NCBI RefSeq assembly: GCF_004010195.1
Contig: NW_025215215.1
Location: forward strand, 8,539-72,538
Length of the DNA: 64,000 nt
Reading direction: 5' to 3'
From: Chiloscyllium plagiosum
Lineage: Eukaryota
The position numbers and the translations under genes were made by a program. The notes beneath the pieces were generated by a model. That model worked only from the letters and a program-made list of their open reading frames with translations. It was not told the origin of the DNA and made no database searches. Position 1 is the stretch's first letter. Every line of letters starts with the position of its first letter. This document shows positions 25,356 to 38,011 of the stretch, piece by piece.

Positions 25356-25533
25356 CAGGGACAGCAACAATAGCCAGGATAGGATAATAAAAACATTGAA
25401 TAGTGTAAAGTGCTTATTTGATCCGCGATGTTAACGGCCACCAATAATATGTGGAAAGAATCCAAACATAATAGGATAACCACCTGTCCATTGTTGGAAC
25501 TGTCCAGTCTATTGTTCTCAGATTCTGATCCAT
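25356..25533 (-). pseudogene. GPR139-like GPCR, first coding exon, copy B (in-frame stop)
   Basis: From ATG 25533: MDQNLRTIDWTVPT-MDRWLSYYVWILSTYYWWPLTSRIK*ALYTIQCFYYPILAIVAVP, then G|GTAAGT donor (178 nt, phase 1). A degenerate extra repeat (DQKLRILDWNVTT) lies just upstream, to ~25575. TAA at 25414-25416, with no in-frame ATG between it and TM1. Confidence 0.85.
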
Positions 25534-26077
25534 TGTTGTAACATTCCAGTCTAATATTCTCAGTTTCTGATCTCTCCCTCTCTCTGGAGCAGTCGATCCC
25601 TGTTAGTGCTATCAGTGATGCTCCCGCCCATACTATGGGATAACATATTGAATGGAGCCCTTTTATCATGAAAAGATGGAAACCCTCCACTGGGATAATT
25701 AGAATATCCGGAGACTGACATTAGTCACAGTCACCAAACAAATAGTTTCGGTTAACCAGTTCCTTTCATCATTTTACATAACACAATAAAAGGGAACATT
25801 TATTTGGTTTGGATTGAATAGATGAGGATTGCTGAGGGATAGACCATAAATCTTTCAATTTTTATAATCTGTCTTCCCTGTATGTGGAAATATTGTGGGA
25901 ACACTGCACTGTTGTATACGTTTCACCCTGTTTATAAAAGGAGACAGGAATAAAATAGCAGCTGCATAAAATGTTTGGTGGAGAAGTTTCTAGATATATT
26001 TTTGTAATGCTGCTCCAAGTTTGAAATTCCCTGTTATCAAGTAATTTCTTAATCTTGTGACATCATTCAGAGCATTA

Positions 26078-26357
26078 AAACTGCTGCTCAGGATCAGGGA
26101 GATATAGGAGGTAGTCACTCAACTGCTCAAGTCTGGGAAACAGGGACAGGAAGTAGACACTCAACTGCTGGAGACTGGGACACAAGAACAGGAGGCAGTC
26201 TTTCAACTGTTCGAGACTGGGACACAGAGACAGGAGACAGTCTTTCAACTGTTCAAGATTGGGACACAGGGACAGGAGGTAGACACTCAACTGCTTGATA
26301 CCGGAACATAGGAACATGAGGCAGTCACTCAATTGTTCGGAACTGGGATACAGGGAA
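26078..26357. repeat. 42-bp minisatellite, ~6.5 copies
   Basis: caactg/caattg anchors at 26120, 26162, 26204, 26246, 26288 and 26330. Confidence 0.93.
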
Positions 26358-27304
26358 ATCTGGAGGCTAGTGAGGCCCCAGATTTCTGTTCCAATTGAAC
26401 AGGAGGAGGCGACTCACTACCCACCAGTCTGGGACACTGTGAGAAAAGGGAAATTGGCTTGTTACTAACAGGAATATCTGAATAAGTTGCATGAGCGAGC
26501 CATTCAATCCTGCTCCAACATTCTTCAAAACCATGGCTGATCTGATTGTGATTCCCTCATCGCATTTTACAGAGATCCCCCTCTCTGCAGCCTCTGCTCT
26601 ATTTGTTGGTCATGTTGCAGATCCAGATGCTGCAACTACAGTTACCATGTTTAATCCAGAGTTGGATCACCGAAGCCTCTGGTCTCCCTGAATTTCCACA
26701 GCAGCTTAAAACACAGCCTCCAGGAATCCAGCCCCAGCATTTCTACGAACGTACAAATAATAGAGTTAAGTTAAATGTCAGTCAAATGCAAGTGAGAAGC
26801 CTGGTCTAAATCACTAACATGTTACTGAGTACTTGAGCAGCAGAGAGTGATTAACACAGGCTTTTAATGGTTAGGCACAGAGCAAGTTACAAAGGTGTGA
26901 CTCAAATCTGCTAGAACCCCACTATCCAACATGGAGCACAGGGCAGGACACTGGGAAGTCAAAGAAAATGCAAGCAATGCTTTTTGAACATTGTTCATAA
27001 GCTTCTTAGTGTTGGAAGCTGATGCTCTTGGGTGAGCAACATTCAAGGGCAGGAAAAGATATAGGACAGTTATTCACATTAAAACTGGACAATTAAACCT
27101 GGATGGCGGGGAAGCAGTTTAAACACCAACAAATGGGAGGGATTTGGGAAATAGGCAGAGGGAGAGAGACTCTGAGTCAGTGTTATGGAAGGATGTGTTT
27201 GCAGGCTTCAGAATGCTGAAACGAAGATATTTCGATCATATCGAGCAATATAGGTTAGTATGTCAGGGAATGATGCATTAATACGATATTGGTGCAAGGT
27301 CAGA

Positions 27305-29595
27305 TAGAGTCAGAATTTCGGAAGTGTACAGCACGGAATAATACGCTTCAGACTAACTCGTCCATGCTGATGGGATATCCCAAATTAAATTAATCACATT
27401 TGCCAGCATTTGGCTAATATCGATGTAAACCCTTCCTCTTAATGTACCCATCCAAATTCCATTTAGAAGTCGTAATTGTAAAATCCTCCACCACCTCCTC
27501 TGGCAGCTCATTCCACACATGCACCACCCTCTGTGGGAAAAAATTGCTCCTTAGGTCATTTTTAAATCTTTTCCCTCTCATCGGAAATCGATGCCCTCTA
27601 GTTTTGGAGAAAAAGACCTTGGCTATATACCCTATACATACTCTTCACGCTACAGGAATAAAAGAACCCAACCTACTCGCACGCTCCCTATAGCTCCATC
27701 CTGGCAACATCCTTGAAAATCTTTACTGACTGTCTTCAATTTTCACAATATATTTCCAAAAGGAGGGAGAGCAGAATTGAATGCAGTACTCCAAAAGTGG
27801 CCAAAGTAATGTACTGTACAGCAGCAACATGACCACCCAATTCATATAGCCAAAGCACTGGCCAATAAAGGCAAGCATACTAAATGCCTTGTTCACTATC
27901 CTATCTACCTGCGACTCTACTTTCAAGAAGCTATGAACCCGCATTCCAAGGTCTCTTTGTTCAGCAACACTCCCCAGGACCTTACCATTAAGTGTATATG
28001 TCTTGCCCTGATTTGCATTTCCAAAATGCAGCACCTCCCATTTATCTAGATTAAAAACCATCTGCCAATTCTCAGCCCATCTGCCCATCTGATCAAGTTT
28101 CCATTGTACTCTGAGGTAAACCTTCTTTGTTCTCCACTACACCATCAATTTTGGTTTCAGCTGCAAACTTAGCAACTATTGCTGCAATGTTCACATCCAA
28201 ATGATTTATGTGAATAGTGAAAAGTGGCGGATCCAGTACCAACCCTTGTCACACATCAATGTTCACAACCCTCCTGTTCGAAAAACAATCCTTCACCACC
28301 ACCCTCTGTCTCCTGCCTTCAGGCTAATTCTGTATACCTATGGCTAGTTCTCCCTGTATTCCATATGAACTAAACTTGTTAACCAACCTACCATGCAGAA
28401 AGTTGTCAAATTCCTTACTGAAGTCCATATCAACAATATACACCTCTGCCTCAATGAATCCTCTTAGTCACTTCTTCAAACATACTCAGTCAATTTAGTG
28501 AGACACAACTTTCCATGCTTTGAGCTATGTTGCCTATCACTTATCAGTCCTTGCTTTTCAAAATCCATGCAAACCTTGTGCCTCATAATCCTTACCAACA
28601 ACTTGCCCTCCACTGAAGTCAGGCTCACTAGCTTTTCCTTCTTAAGTGTTGTCAGTAATCGCACCAAGTTCACAAGCCTCCTTTCTTCCAGCATCTCATC
28701 TGTGACAATTGACGATACAAATATCTCAGCAATGGGCCCATCAATCACTTCAATCACTTCCCACAGAGTGCTAGGGTACATCTGATCAGGTCCCACCTAT
28801 ACGGGCTTTACGAACTCCAGCATCTCCTTCTCTATAATGCAGGCACTTTTCACCATGTCACGGTTTATTTCCAAAGTTCTTTAGCTTCCATGTCCTTCTG
28901 CACAGTCAATATTGACGCACGTTGCTTGTTTAGTATCGCCTCCATCTCCTGCTGTTTTGCACATTGGCAACCTTGCTGATCTTTAAGTGGCCCAAAACTT
29001 TCCTGAGTTATTCTTTTGTCCTTAATGTATGCGTAGAGTCCCTTTGGATTCTCCTAAACCCTATTTGCCAGAACTATCTCATGTCCCCTTTTGTGGCCTC
29101 CGGATTTCCCTTTTATGTATACTCTTCCTGGCTTTAGACCCTTCCCGACAGTCACTTTAAATCTGGAATTAAGAGCCAAATGACGATAATGAATCCATTT
29201 TCGATTTTTGGAAAGACCCATCAGGTGCCCTGATGGCCTTGAAGGAAGCAAACTGCCTCCTTACCAGGTCGGGGTACATGTGACTCCAGACCGACAACAA
29301 TGTGTTTGTGTTGGGTAGTGAATGCAGGCCCAACTAGTGATACCCTCATCCCGTGAATGAGTACTGAAAAAAAACCTTGACTCTTGCTCTCTCTCTCTAC
29401 CTGACACATGCTTCCCTCTTATTTGTAACCTGACACTCAATTTCTCCAGTCCTCCAGCATTCCTTACACCTACCAGCCTTACCCTTCACTCTAACAGGGA
29501 AAGACTGTCTCTGTGCTATTTTCATCTCATTTTTGAAGGTTTTCCTTTCTCAGCTGGCCCCGTAACTGCGAATATCTGTTCCAAACCCTCCTTTT
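27305..29595 (-). mobile_element. CR1 LINE, long decayed ORF2 piece with nested SINE
   Basis: ORFs 27723..28088 (WAENWQMVFNLDKWEVLHFG) and 28476..28796 (GPDQMYP...CLTKL). It splits a segment that is contiguous at 11570-12360. Confidence 0.9.
29205..29375 (+). mobile_element. SacSINE1/DeuSINE-like 3' fragment
   Basis: ccttaccaggtcggggtacatgtgactccagacc core and catcccgtgaatgagtactgaaaaaaaa tail. Confidence 0.7.
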
Positions 29596-29988
29596 CTGTG
29601 ATGGAGAGCATTGGTCAAGCAGCTGCAGCGTTGTAACTGGGATTGGGGTCAGCAGTGTCTTCGTCTCATTGGGCTGAATCGAACCATAATTTATCTCAGT
29701 GCCATTTTCAATTAGTGTGACAGAGGGATTGTCTGCACAGGGTCGAGCTAGTTTCCTGGTGCTACCTTATCGAACTCACATTATTAACTATCTCTCCCAC
29801 CCCATGGTGCCCCTCTCATTCAATGCCAGCCCTATTCTCCCACCCAACACGGCTGGAGGTACTCACCATCGCACTGATATACTTGGATATTATGTTATCT
29901 CTGGCACTGGTGCCATCTTTAAAAGGCCAGTGGACACACAGTTGTGCTTTTTTTGATTTTGGAACTGGTTTGTATAGATTACACCGAG

Positions 29989-30600
29989 CATGGCAGATAA
30001 GGGGCAATTACGCCATGGTTTGTCGACAGGGGCACGGATGTCCTGGTGGATGGGCTAGTACAGAGGGGGACCATTCTCTTCCCAGAGGGGGCTCACACTA
30101 TCAGACACACCTGGCAAGGTCTGAGCTCACCACCCAGTTCAGTGCAGTACCTGCGGTCTGAAGAAATGCCAAGCAATACAGCACAACCATCAATAACCTG
30201 CTCCGTTCATTCAGGATAAGGGCCACCGTATTCTCTCTGCTCCTTCACACTCACTGTACATCTGTTGCAGCAGCGACCCAGAACAACGTTCATGCTCCAC
30301 CACTCTCACTGCTCCTTGCAACACCCTCTCTCTCTCTCTCTCTCTCACCATTATTCCCCTCACCACACGCACACACTAATAACATTGCATGGATACGCCA
30401 CTGTGGACTGACACCCTCCAGACACCTCACCATATCTCCCCCCACCTACACCAACACTAACAGCAGGGGTACCCACTCCCACCTCCCTCCCTCCCTTTCT
30501 CCGGAGAAACAGCCTGGAATAGACAAAAATGACCAAGCCTCATGTGGAGATTCTGAACTATCCACGTCCCACCTACTGAGTAAGGAGCAATATTTAGTGA
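29989..30600 (+). mobile_element. Harbinger-type Myb/SANT-like gene remnant, copy 2, with decayed intron
   Basis: ...FVDRGTDVLVDGLVQRGTILFP...RNAKQYSTTINNLLRSFR followed by ATAAGG (probable mutated GT donor, ~30215), a CT/CA-rich intron and a weak second exon from ~30503; paralog of 12156-12358. Confidence 0.6.
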
Positions 30601-32444
30601 AGGGCAATTCTCACTTTAAACTCACTGTCAGTTCCGTTTCCCCCCGGCACAGCTTAGAAGCTGTGGCCTTGATGCCATCTCCCTTTTGTGTCGAGTTGGT
30701 ACAAATGGAACCCCCATGGTCTCGGTGGACAGGAGGGTGGGCTCACATCACATCGTCTCCATCACATCTCAGGAAGGGAGCACGGAGACTCCCTCCTACA
30801 CCTCCTCCTGTAAACAGCTCAGATACTGAAACTAATCTCTGAGATTTACTGCTCTCCCCACCTGTCCTGACATCTTCAATAATCTGTTCTCATATACACC
30901 ATGGGCCCTCTGTACCTGCACCTCCTCTATAACGGTACAACCTGTTTTATATTGTCTTTCAATGTCCTTCCTACTAAAGAGCATCACCTCACACTGCGCT
31001 ACATTGATCCTCATCTGCCATACACCTGAACACTACACCAATTTATAACTTTCCTGTTGGAGTTTCCGGCCTCAACAAACTTCACAATTCTTTCAGGTTT
31101 AGTATCTGCAAATATTGAAATTGTCCTACAGCCACACTCCACCCAAAAATAATGACACACACCAGACAGAGCGAGTGAAATATTGACACACTCTCCATGT
31201 CTGTATTACTGTCAATGTACAGTGAGTGTCTCTATGTGTCTGTATTCGTGTGTGTATCGGTGTGGGGCGGGTCTGGCAGTCTCTGTGGTGTTTAATGTGA
31301 TGTAATATCCCCCGATATGAGTTCTGAGTAACGGTCACTCGATCCAAAACGTCAACTTTCACATTTTTGTCCAAAGATGCTTCCAGAGCTGCTGAGATTT
31401 CTGTTGTTGTCAATCTCTGTTGCACTACCACCCCGATGCCCCATCCTACTGTAATCGTGGTGCTGAAGTGTGTAAACGATCAGGGATTCAGTCTGGTACG
31501 GAGTGAGGGAGGGCAGCACATCACAGCACAATCGAACCTGAATTTTAATTGCACCAAACACACACACACGCGCATACACGCGCTCGCGAACATACATACA
31601 CGCACATGCACACACTAGGTTGGTTTGGAGAGGATTGTCATTGCACTGAGGCCCTCAGAGTGGAACACGTTCATGTGGAGAAATGTCTGCGATCTTTCTG
31701 CAATGTGGAAATGGTTTTCACTGGGTAGTATTTCCAACACACAGAATACACATAAAAGCATATTTCCATCGCAATTATAACCAAGCAATTCCGAGTGAGC
31801 CGTTTTCCAAGGCGATGAGATTAATTTTAATGCATTTCCTTTAACTTGGAATTATTAATGTTTTACTCTTACAAGTAATCTTACCTTTGAGAAAGGATTG
31901 AAAAGACCTAAACCATACTAGCAGAGTGTGGGCTTGTATCACTTTAAAGAAAAGAGGGAAAGGGAGAGGAAGGAAGAGTGATTTTGACCCCGTTTCAGTG
32001 ATTCACACCAAAAACAAGAAGAACTCCCATTTCACAGAGATTCACACTCGAATGCAGGAACACGTGTAACTAGCACAAAGTGATAGACATGCACACAGTG
32101 GTTAACAGAGACATATGTAGACACACAGGAATAGACAAACACGAACAGAAATATTCAGGTACATACTTGGACATACAAACACACACAGACTCATCGAGTT
32201 ATACAGGGTATTTGCATACAGGCCTATCGGCCCATACAGTCCATGCTGACCATAATCCCAAGCTAAATCATTCCCACTGCCTGCGCTGGGATCAGATTTG
32301 TCCAAGTGTTCTCTTATTCTTGTACTTAACCAAATGCGTTTTAAAAACTATAACTTGACCCAAAATCCATCACTTCCTCAGGAAATTCATTCCCTACACG
32401 AACCACATGCTGTCTAAAAAAAGAATCACCTCACAGGTCGTGAT

Positions 32445-34075
32445 CAGGTGGACCCAAGAAATTTGTAGGAAGCTGAGGAAGTGATTGCTGGGTCCCTTGA
32501 TGAGACGTTGTCATCATCAATAGCCAAAGGTGAGATGCTGGAAGTCATGAGTTTGACTAAAGTTTCGCTGTTAAACAAAATGGAAAGAAAAAGCCAAGAA
32601 CTATAGATTGGTGATCCTGACATCAGTGGTGGGCACGGTGTTGGAGGAATCATGAGCTACAGCATTTACCTGCACTTGGAAAGGCAAGAACTGATGAGGG
32701 ATAGGCAACATTAAGGACTGCTGATGCTGGAGATCATAGTCTAGATGAGAGTGGTACTGGAAAAGCACAGTAGGTGACGCAGCATCTGACGAGCAGGAAA
32801 ATCGATGTTCTGGGCAAAAACCCTTTATCTGGATAGTGAAATGGGGTTGTGCATGGATAATCATGTCTCACTAAGTTGATTTATTTTTTATTGAGAAGTA
32901 ATGGAGAGGATTGGTGATGGCAGAACGCTGGATGTGATCTATATGGACTTCAGTTAGGCATTTGACATAGTTCCCCATGGAGACTGGTTAGCAAGGATGG
33001 ATCACATGGAATAGAGGGATAATTAGTTAGTTGGATACAGAACTGGCTCAAAGGTAGAGGACAGAGGGTGGTGGTGGAGGGTTGTTTTTCAGACTGGAGG
33101 CCTGTGACCAGTGGAGTGCCACATGGATCGGTGCTGGGTCCGCTACATTTTGTCATTAATATAAATGATTACGATATGAAAATAGGACAGTTAGTAAGTT
33201 TGCAAATGACACCAAAATTGGAGGTGTAGTGGCCAGCAAAGAAGGTTACCTCAGATTACGACCCGATCTTAATCAGATGGGCCAATGGACCGAGGAGTGG
33301 CAGACAGAGTTTAATTTAGATAATTGCGAGATGCTGCATATTGGAAAGGCATATCTGGGCTGGACTTATACACTTACTGGTAAAGGCCTGGGAGTGTTGC
33401 TGAACAAAGTGACCTCAGAGCACAGATTTATAGTTCCTTGAAAGTGGATTTGCAGGTAGATAGTACAGTGAAGAAAGTATTTGATATGTTGTTGGTCAGT
33501 GCATTGTGTATATGCATTAGGAGACTTTTGGAATACTGTATGCAATTCTGATTTCCCTGCACTGTAGAAAGGATGTTGTGAAACTTGAAAGAATTCAAGA
33601 AGGGTTGACACTGATTTTGCCATGGTTGGAGGGTTTGAATTAGAGGGAGAGGCTGAATCGGCTGAGCCTGTTTTCCCTGGAGAATCAGAGGATGAGGGTT
33701 GATGTTAGAAGTTAGTAAAATCATGGGTGCAACTTATAGAGTGAATATTCAAGGTCTTCTCCCTAGGGTAGTGGAGTAAAAAACTAGATGGCAAAGGTTT
33801 AAGGTGGGATGGGAAAGATAAAAAAGGGTTTAATGGGCAACATCTTCATGTAGAGGATGGTCCGTGTGTAATGAGCTGCCAGAGGAAGGTATTGAGGCTG
33901 GCACAATTACAACATTTAATAGGCATCTGGATGGACAGATGAATGGGAAGGGTTTAGATAGAAATTGACGAAAAATGCTGGCAAATGGCATGAGAATAAT
34001 TTTGGCTGTCTGGTTGGCATGGACACGTTGGACCAAAAGGTCTGTTTCCACGCTATACAGCTCTATGACGCTATG
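32445..34075 (+). mobile_element. CR1 LINE ORF2 remnant to 3' tail
   Basis: [14 protein letters not shown] and [10 protein letters not shown] motifs; tail ctctatgacgctatg; a PLE mini-element is nested at 32713-32832. Confidence 0.9.
32713..32832 (-). mobile_element. PLE-derived hammerhead-tail mini-insertion, decayed
   Basis: aaggactgctgatgctggaga...gcaggaaaatcgatgttctgggcaaaaaccctttatctgg, homologous to 43229-43360. Confidence 0.75.
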
Positions 34076-34084
34076 TCTTTTAAG

Positions 34085-35585
34085 AAACTTCCTCCTCTTA
34101 CCTTAAAACAATCCCCCAATCGAGGGAAAAGAGACATATCATTCAACATTACCGATACCTTTCATGAGATTATAAACCTTTTGCAAGGTTACCTCTCAGC
34201 CTCCTACGCTCCAGTAGAAAATGTCTGAGTCTGTGGAGCCTGTCCTTATAATTCAAACACTCCATTCCCAGCAACATCCTGATAAACCTCTTCTGAACTC
34301 TCCCGAACTTGATAATATTCTCTATATAACAGGGCGACCAAAACTGCACACAGTCCTCCAGGACATGCCTCACGAAAATCCTGTGCAACCAGAACATTAC
34401 ACACCAACTCCTGTACTTAAAGGACTGTCCACTGCTATTTGTCATTTATATAAATGGTTTGGATGTGAACATAGGAGATATAGCTAGTAAATTTGCAGAT
34501 GACACCAAAATTGGAGTTAAGAACGTTACCACTGAGTAAAATGGAATCTTGATCAGGTGGGCCAATGGACTGAGGAGTGGCAAATGGAACTATATTTAGA
34601 AAAATGCGAGATGCTTCATTTTGGAAAAGCAAATCAGAGCAGGGCTTACACACTTAATGATAAAGTCCTGGAGAGTGTTGCTGAACAAAGAGACCTTGGA
34701 GTACAGGTTCATATTTCCTTGAAAGTAGAGTTGCAGGTAGATAGGATAGTGAAGTAGGTGTTTAATATGCTTCCCTTTATTGTTCAAACCACTGAGTACA
34801 AGAGTTGGGAGGTCATGTTGTGGCTGTGCAGGACATTGGTTAGGCCACTTTTGGAATAATGCGTACAATTCTTGTCTCATTCCTATCGGAAAGATGTTGA
34901 GAAACTTTGAAGGGTTCAGAAAAGATTTACAAGGATGTTGCCAGGACTGGAGGATGTTGCTAGGGATGGAGGATTTGAGCTGTAGGGAGAGCCAGAATAG
35001 GCTGGGGCTGTTTATAAAATCATGAGAGGCATGCATGGGGTAAATAGACAATGTATTTTCCCCGGGGTGGGCGAGTCCACAACTAGAGGGCATTGGTTTA
35101 GGATGAGAGGGGAAAATTTAAAAGGGACCTCAGGGGCATTTTTTATGCATAGAGGGTTGTATGTGTATGGAATGAGTTGCCAGAAGCTTGTCAAATTAAA
35201 GTATTTAAAAGACATCTGGATGAGTATATTAATAGGAAAGGTTCAGAGGGATATTGGCAAGAGTTGGCAAAATCGACAAGATTAGCTTAGGGTATCTGGT
35301 TGACATGGACAAATTGTACCAGAGGGCCTGTTTCCGTGCAGTACATCTCTATGACTCTATGTCTCTATAATGAAGGCCAACACGTGAAACATCTTCATAA
35401 CCACCCTGTCTACATATGAAGCAAACTTCAAAGAATGATGTCTAAAACCCGAGGTTGCTCTGTTCTATAACACTACCACTGGCTCAACATTTAATTGTAT
35501 AATTGTTTTATTAGTTTGTTTTACCAAAGTACAATATCTTGCATTTATCAACATTAAACTCCATCTACAATTCTTTAGCCCAGTG
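34085..35585. mobile_element. Cluster of CR1 fragments (minus 34085-34430, plus 34430-35365, minus 35370-35585)
   Basis: ORFs 34170..34445, 34557..34757 and 35022..35285 are CR1 ORF2 C-terminal pieces; tail ctctatgactctatg near 35350. Confidence 0.85.
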
Positions 35586-36035
35586 AGTAATAATACTGGG
35601 GAAGAAAGGCTTAAAAGTAATCAGTTGCCTTGTATCATTTAATGGTTTCAGGCAGAGGGCAGTCACACGTTAGAGGTGGGAAACAGTGATCGGTGTTTCA
35701 GGCCAGAAAGTATGCTCGTCTTTGTATCTGATGTTCAGTATTGATATCTATTTGAGTTCCTTCACAGTGCAGAGTGTGTCTACAGGATTACATTCCTCAT
35801 ATTGCAGACTACACATAATAGCCATTTAAACTGGAAATAATAGCCAAGTATTTAAAGATGTTCATCGTTTATCTCGAAGGCAGAGCACATAAACTCGATA
35901 TCGTACAGTTGAGGCAAGTGCCTTGCATTTTTAACAACTTGCATTATTATTCTAAATGGGTAACGTGAACCAGATTTCAATTAATCCATACCGATCTGAA
36001 AGCTGGCATTTAAAGTTAAAAGTTTGGGAATGGTT

Positions 36036-36315
36036 TAGGTCTTGTGTAGTCGGTAGTATCCCTGCCTCTGAGGCAGAGCTCTGGATTCTATTCCAATTCC
36101 TGAACTTGTCTAGTAGTGTTCCTAGCTCGAGACCAGATTGTCTAGATTCTGGTGCAGCATGTCAGAACAGGCTGATGAACAAACACACAGGAGAATAATG
36201 TTGCGACTTTGGGTCTATTGTGGAGTGGTGGTAGAGTCCCTGCCTCTGGTCGCAAAGTTCTAGGTTCTAATCCTACTAGATGTGTTTTATAATATGTCTG
36301 AATGCATTGATTAAA
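36036..36315 (+). mobile_element. Two tandem tRNA-derived SINE-head fragments (not HE1)
   Basis: ggtagtatccctgcctctgaggcagagctctggattc (~36052) and ggtagagtccctgcctctggtcgcaaagttctaggttctaatcc (~36230), with degenerate A/B-box spacing. Confidence 0.45.
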
Positions 36316-36704
36316 ATGATTTTAAAATTGTGGTTTGATCACGATGGAAGAGGTGTCAGTATTGAATTTCAGAAGTTAAGCCCCAGAAGCACAGACCCTG
36401 GGTGAGAGGCGCGTTTGCACCTTCTCGAGGTTTATAAATTCATGAAGTGCATGGATAGGGGGTGAATAGTCAAGATCTTTTCCCCATGTTTGGAAGTCCA
36501 AAATTAGTAGGGACAGATTTAATGTGAGAGGGGAAAGATTTTAAAGTGACTTCGAGGCAACCTTTTCACTCAGAAAGTGGAGCGTGTATATAATGAACTG
36601 CCAGAAAAGGTGATGCAGGTAGGTATAATTACAACACTTAAAAGGCACCCAGATGGGTATATTAATAGGAAGTATTTAGAGTGATATGGGCCAATTGCTG
36701 GCAA

Positions 36705-37200
36705 ATAGATTAGATTAGCTACAGTGCAGCACAAGTCCACAACAACCCTCTAAAGAGTTACCCACCCAGAACATCTCACCATATTTACCCCTAACTGATG
36801 CACCTGACATTATGTGCAACTTTACATGGCCTATTCACATAACCTGCACAACTTTGGACTGTGGGAGGAAACCCATGCAAACACAGCGAGAATGTACAAA
36901 ATCCACACACTCAGTCTCCTGAGCCAGCAATCAAACACAGGTCACTGGTACTGTGAGGCAGTAGCACTGAGCCACTGCACCGCCCCAAGTAGGGCACGAT
37001 TAATTTCAGAAATCAGGTTGGCATGGACGAGTTGGTTGGGTGGATTGGCCATGCTAAATTGCCCCGTAGTGTCCAGGGATGTGCGGGTTTGGTGAGTTAA
37101 CCATGGGGAATGCACCGTTAGTGGGATAGTGTGGGTCTGAGTGGGATGCTCTTCAGAGCCCTGGTGATGGGCTGAATGGCCTGCTTTTATAGAGGATTCT
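36705..37200. mobile_element. HE1-type SINE (minus, 36705-36990) and a partial plus-strand copy (37030-37200)
   Basis: ggactgtgggaggaaaccc and gaggcagtagcactgagccactg on +; gattggccatgctaaattgcccc at ~37043. Confidence 0.75.
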
Positions 37201-37429
37201 ACAAGAGGTAGAGACAGGGTAGTTGCTTCCGTGCTGTACAACTCTAAGATTCATCAAGCCATTTGATCTATGTCCCTGTGTAATCTTCATTGTCCACTAT
37301 ATAGCTAAACTTGGTTTCATCCACAATCTTGCTAACCACGCCTTCTATAATTCTCATCTGAATCATTTGTCTAAATGTCAAACAAAAATGGATTGAGCAC
37401 AAGTCCCTGTGGATCACCACTGTGAACAA

Positions 37430-37804
37430 TGTCACAAAGCTGGTACCTTTTATCTAAAAGCTTCCTTTTCTCAAAGAAACTGTGTACTTGAAGTTTTTTT
37501 CAGAGGGGTCGTAAATAGTCCCCGGCTCCAAGGTGATTGGTTTGGTACAGATATTAAATGGTTTTGTGATTAGAGGTATAATGAAAGGGGAGTGGTCATC
37601 TCTCTATGTGAGCAGTTCAGTCCAGAACCAGTTTGTAGTTCAGCTATGTGGATAGGCTCTCTCTCTCTCTCTCTTGCGCGCTCTCTCTCTGTCTGTTTTA
37701 AAACCTGATAATTTTCACTGTGCACTTACTGAAACAAATTAAAAAGTTACGGTCTGCGCAGCCTGGTTAAGAAAATTTTGAGTGGTCTGGCCTAGTCCAT
37801 AACA
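37430..37804. mobile_element. Short (probably internally deleted) solo LTR inserted in a CR1 fragment
   Basis: TGTCAC...CATAACA termini, flanks ACAA/ACAG (imperfect 4-bp TSD); the CR1 sequence resumes across it (ggatcaccactgtga|acaggcctctagtctgaaaaac). Confidence 0.65.
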
Positions 37805-37859
37805 ACAGGCCTCTAGTCTGAAAAACACCCCTCCTCAATAATGCTGTCTCCTGCTATTA

Positions 37860-37980
37860 GGCAAGCATACACAGACACGTACACAGACACAGACACCCAG
37901 ACACACACACACACGCGCACAGATGCACATACAAAGATACACACACGCAAAGACACGCAGACAGTGACACACGGACACAT

Positions 37981-38011
<31 letters not shown>

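Noticed and set aside
25352..25690. 112-aa ORF (…SETENIRLECYNNGSESENNRLDSSNNGQ…) as the product
   Set aside because: It is the wrong frame of the GPCR exon. The family-like frame (MDQNL…YYPILAIVAVP) is a different one, and this ORF runs through the splice donor.
26075..26332. F-box/LRR-type protein
   Set aside because: The 14-aa period comes from the 42-bp minisatellite and is too short for an LRR; no other exons are evident.
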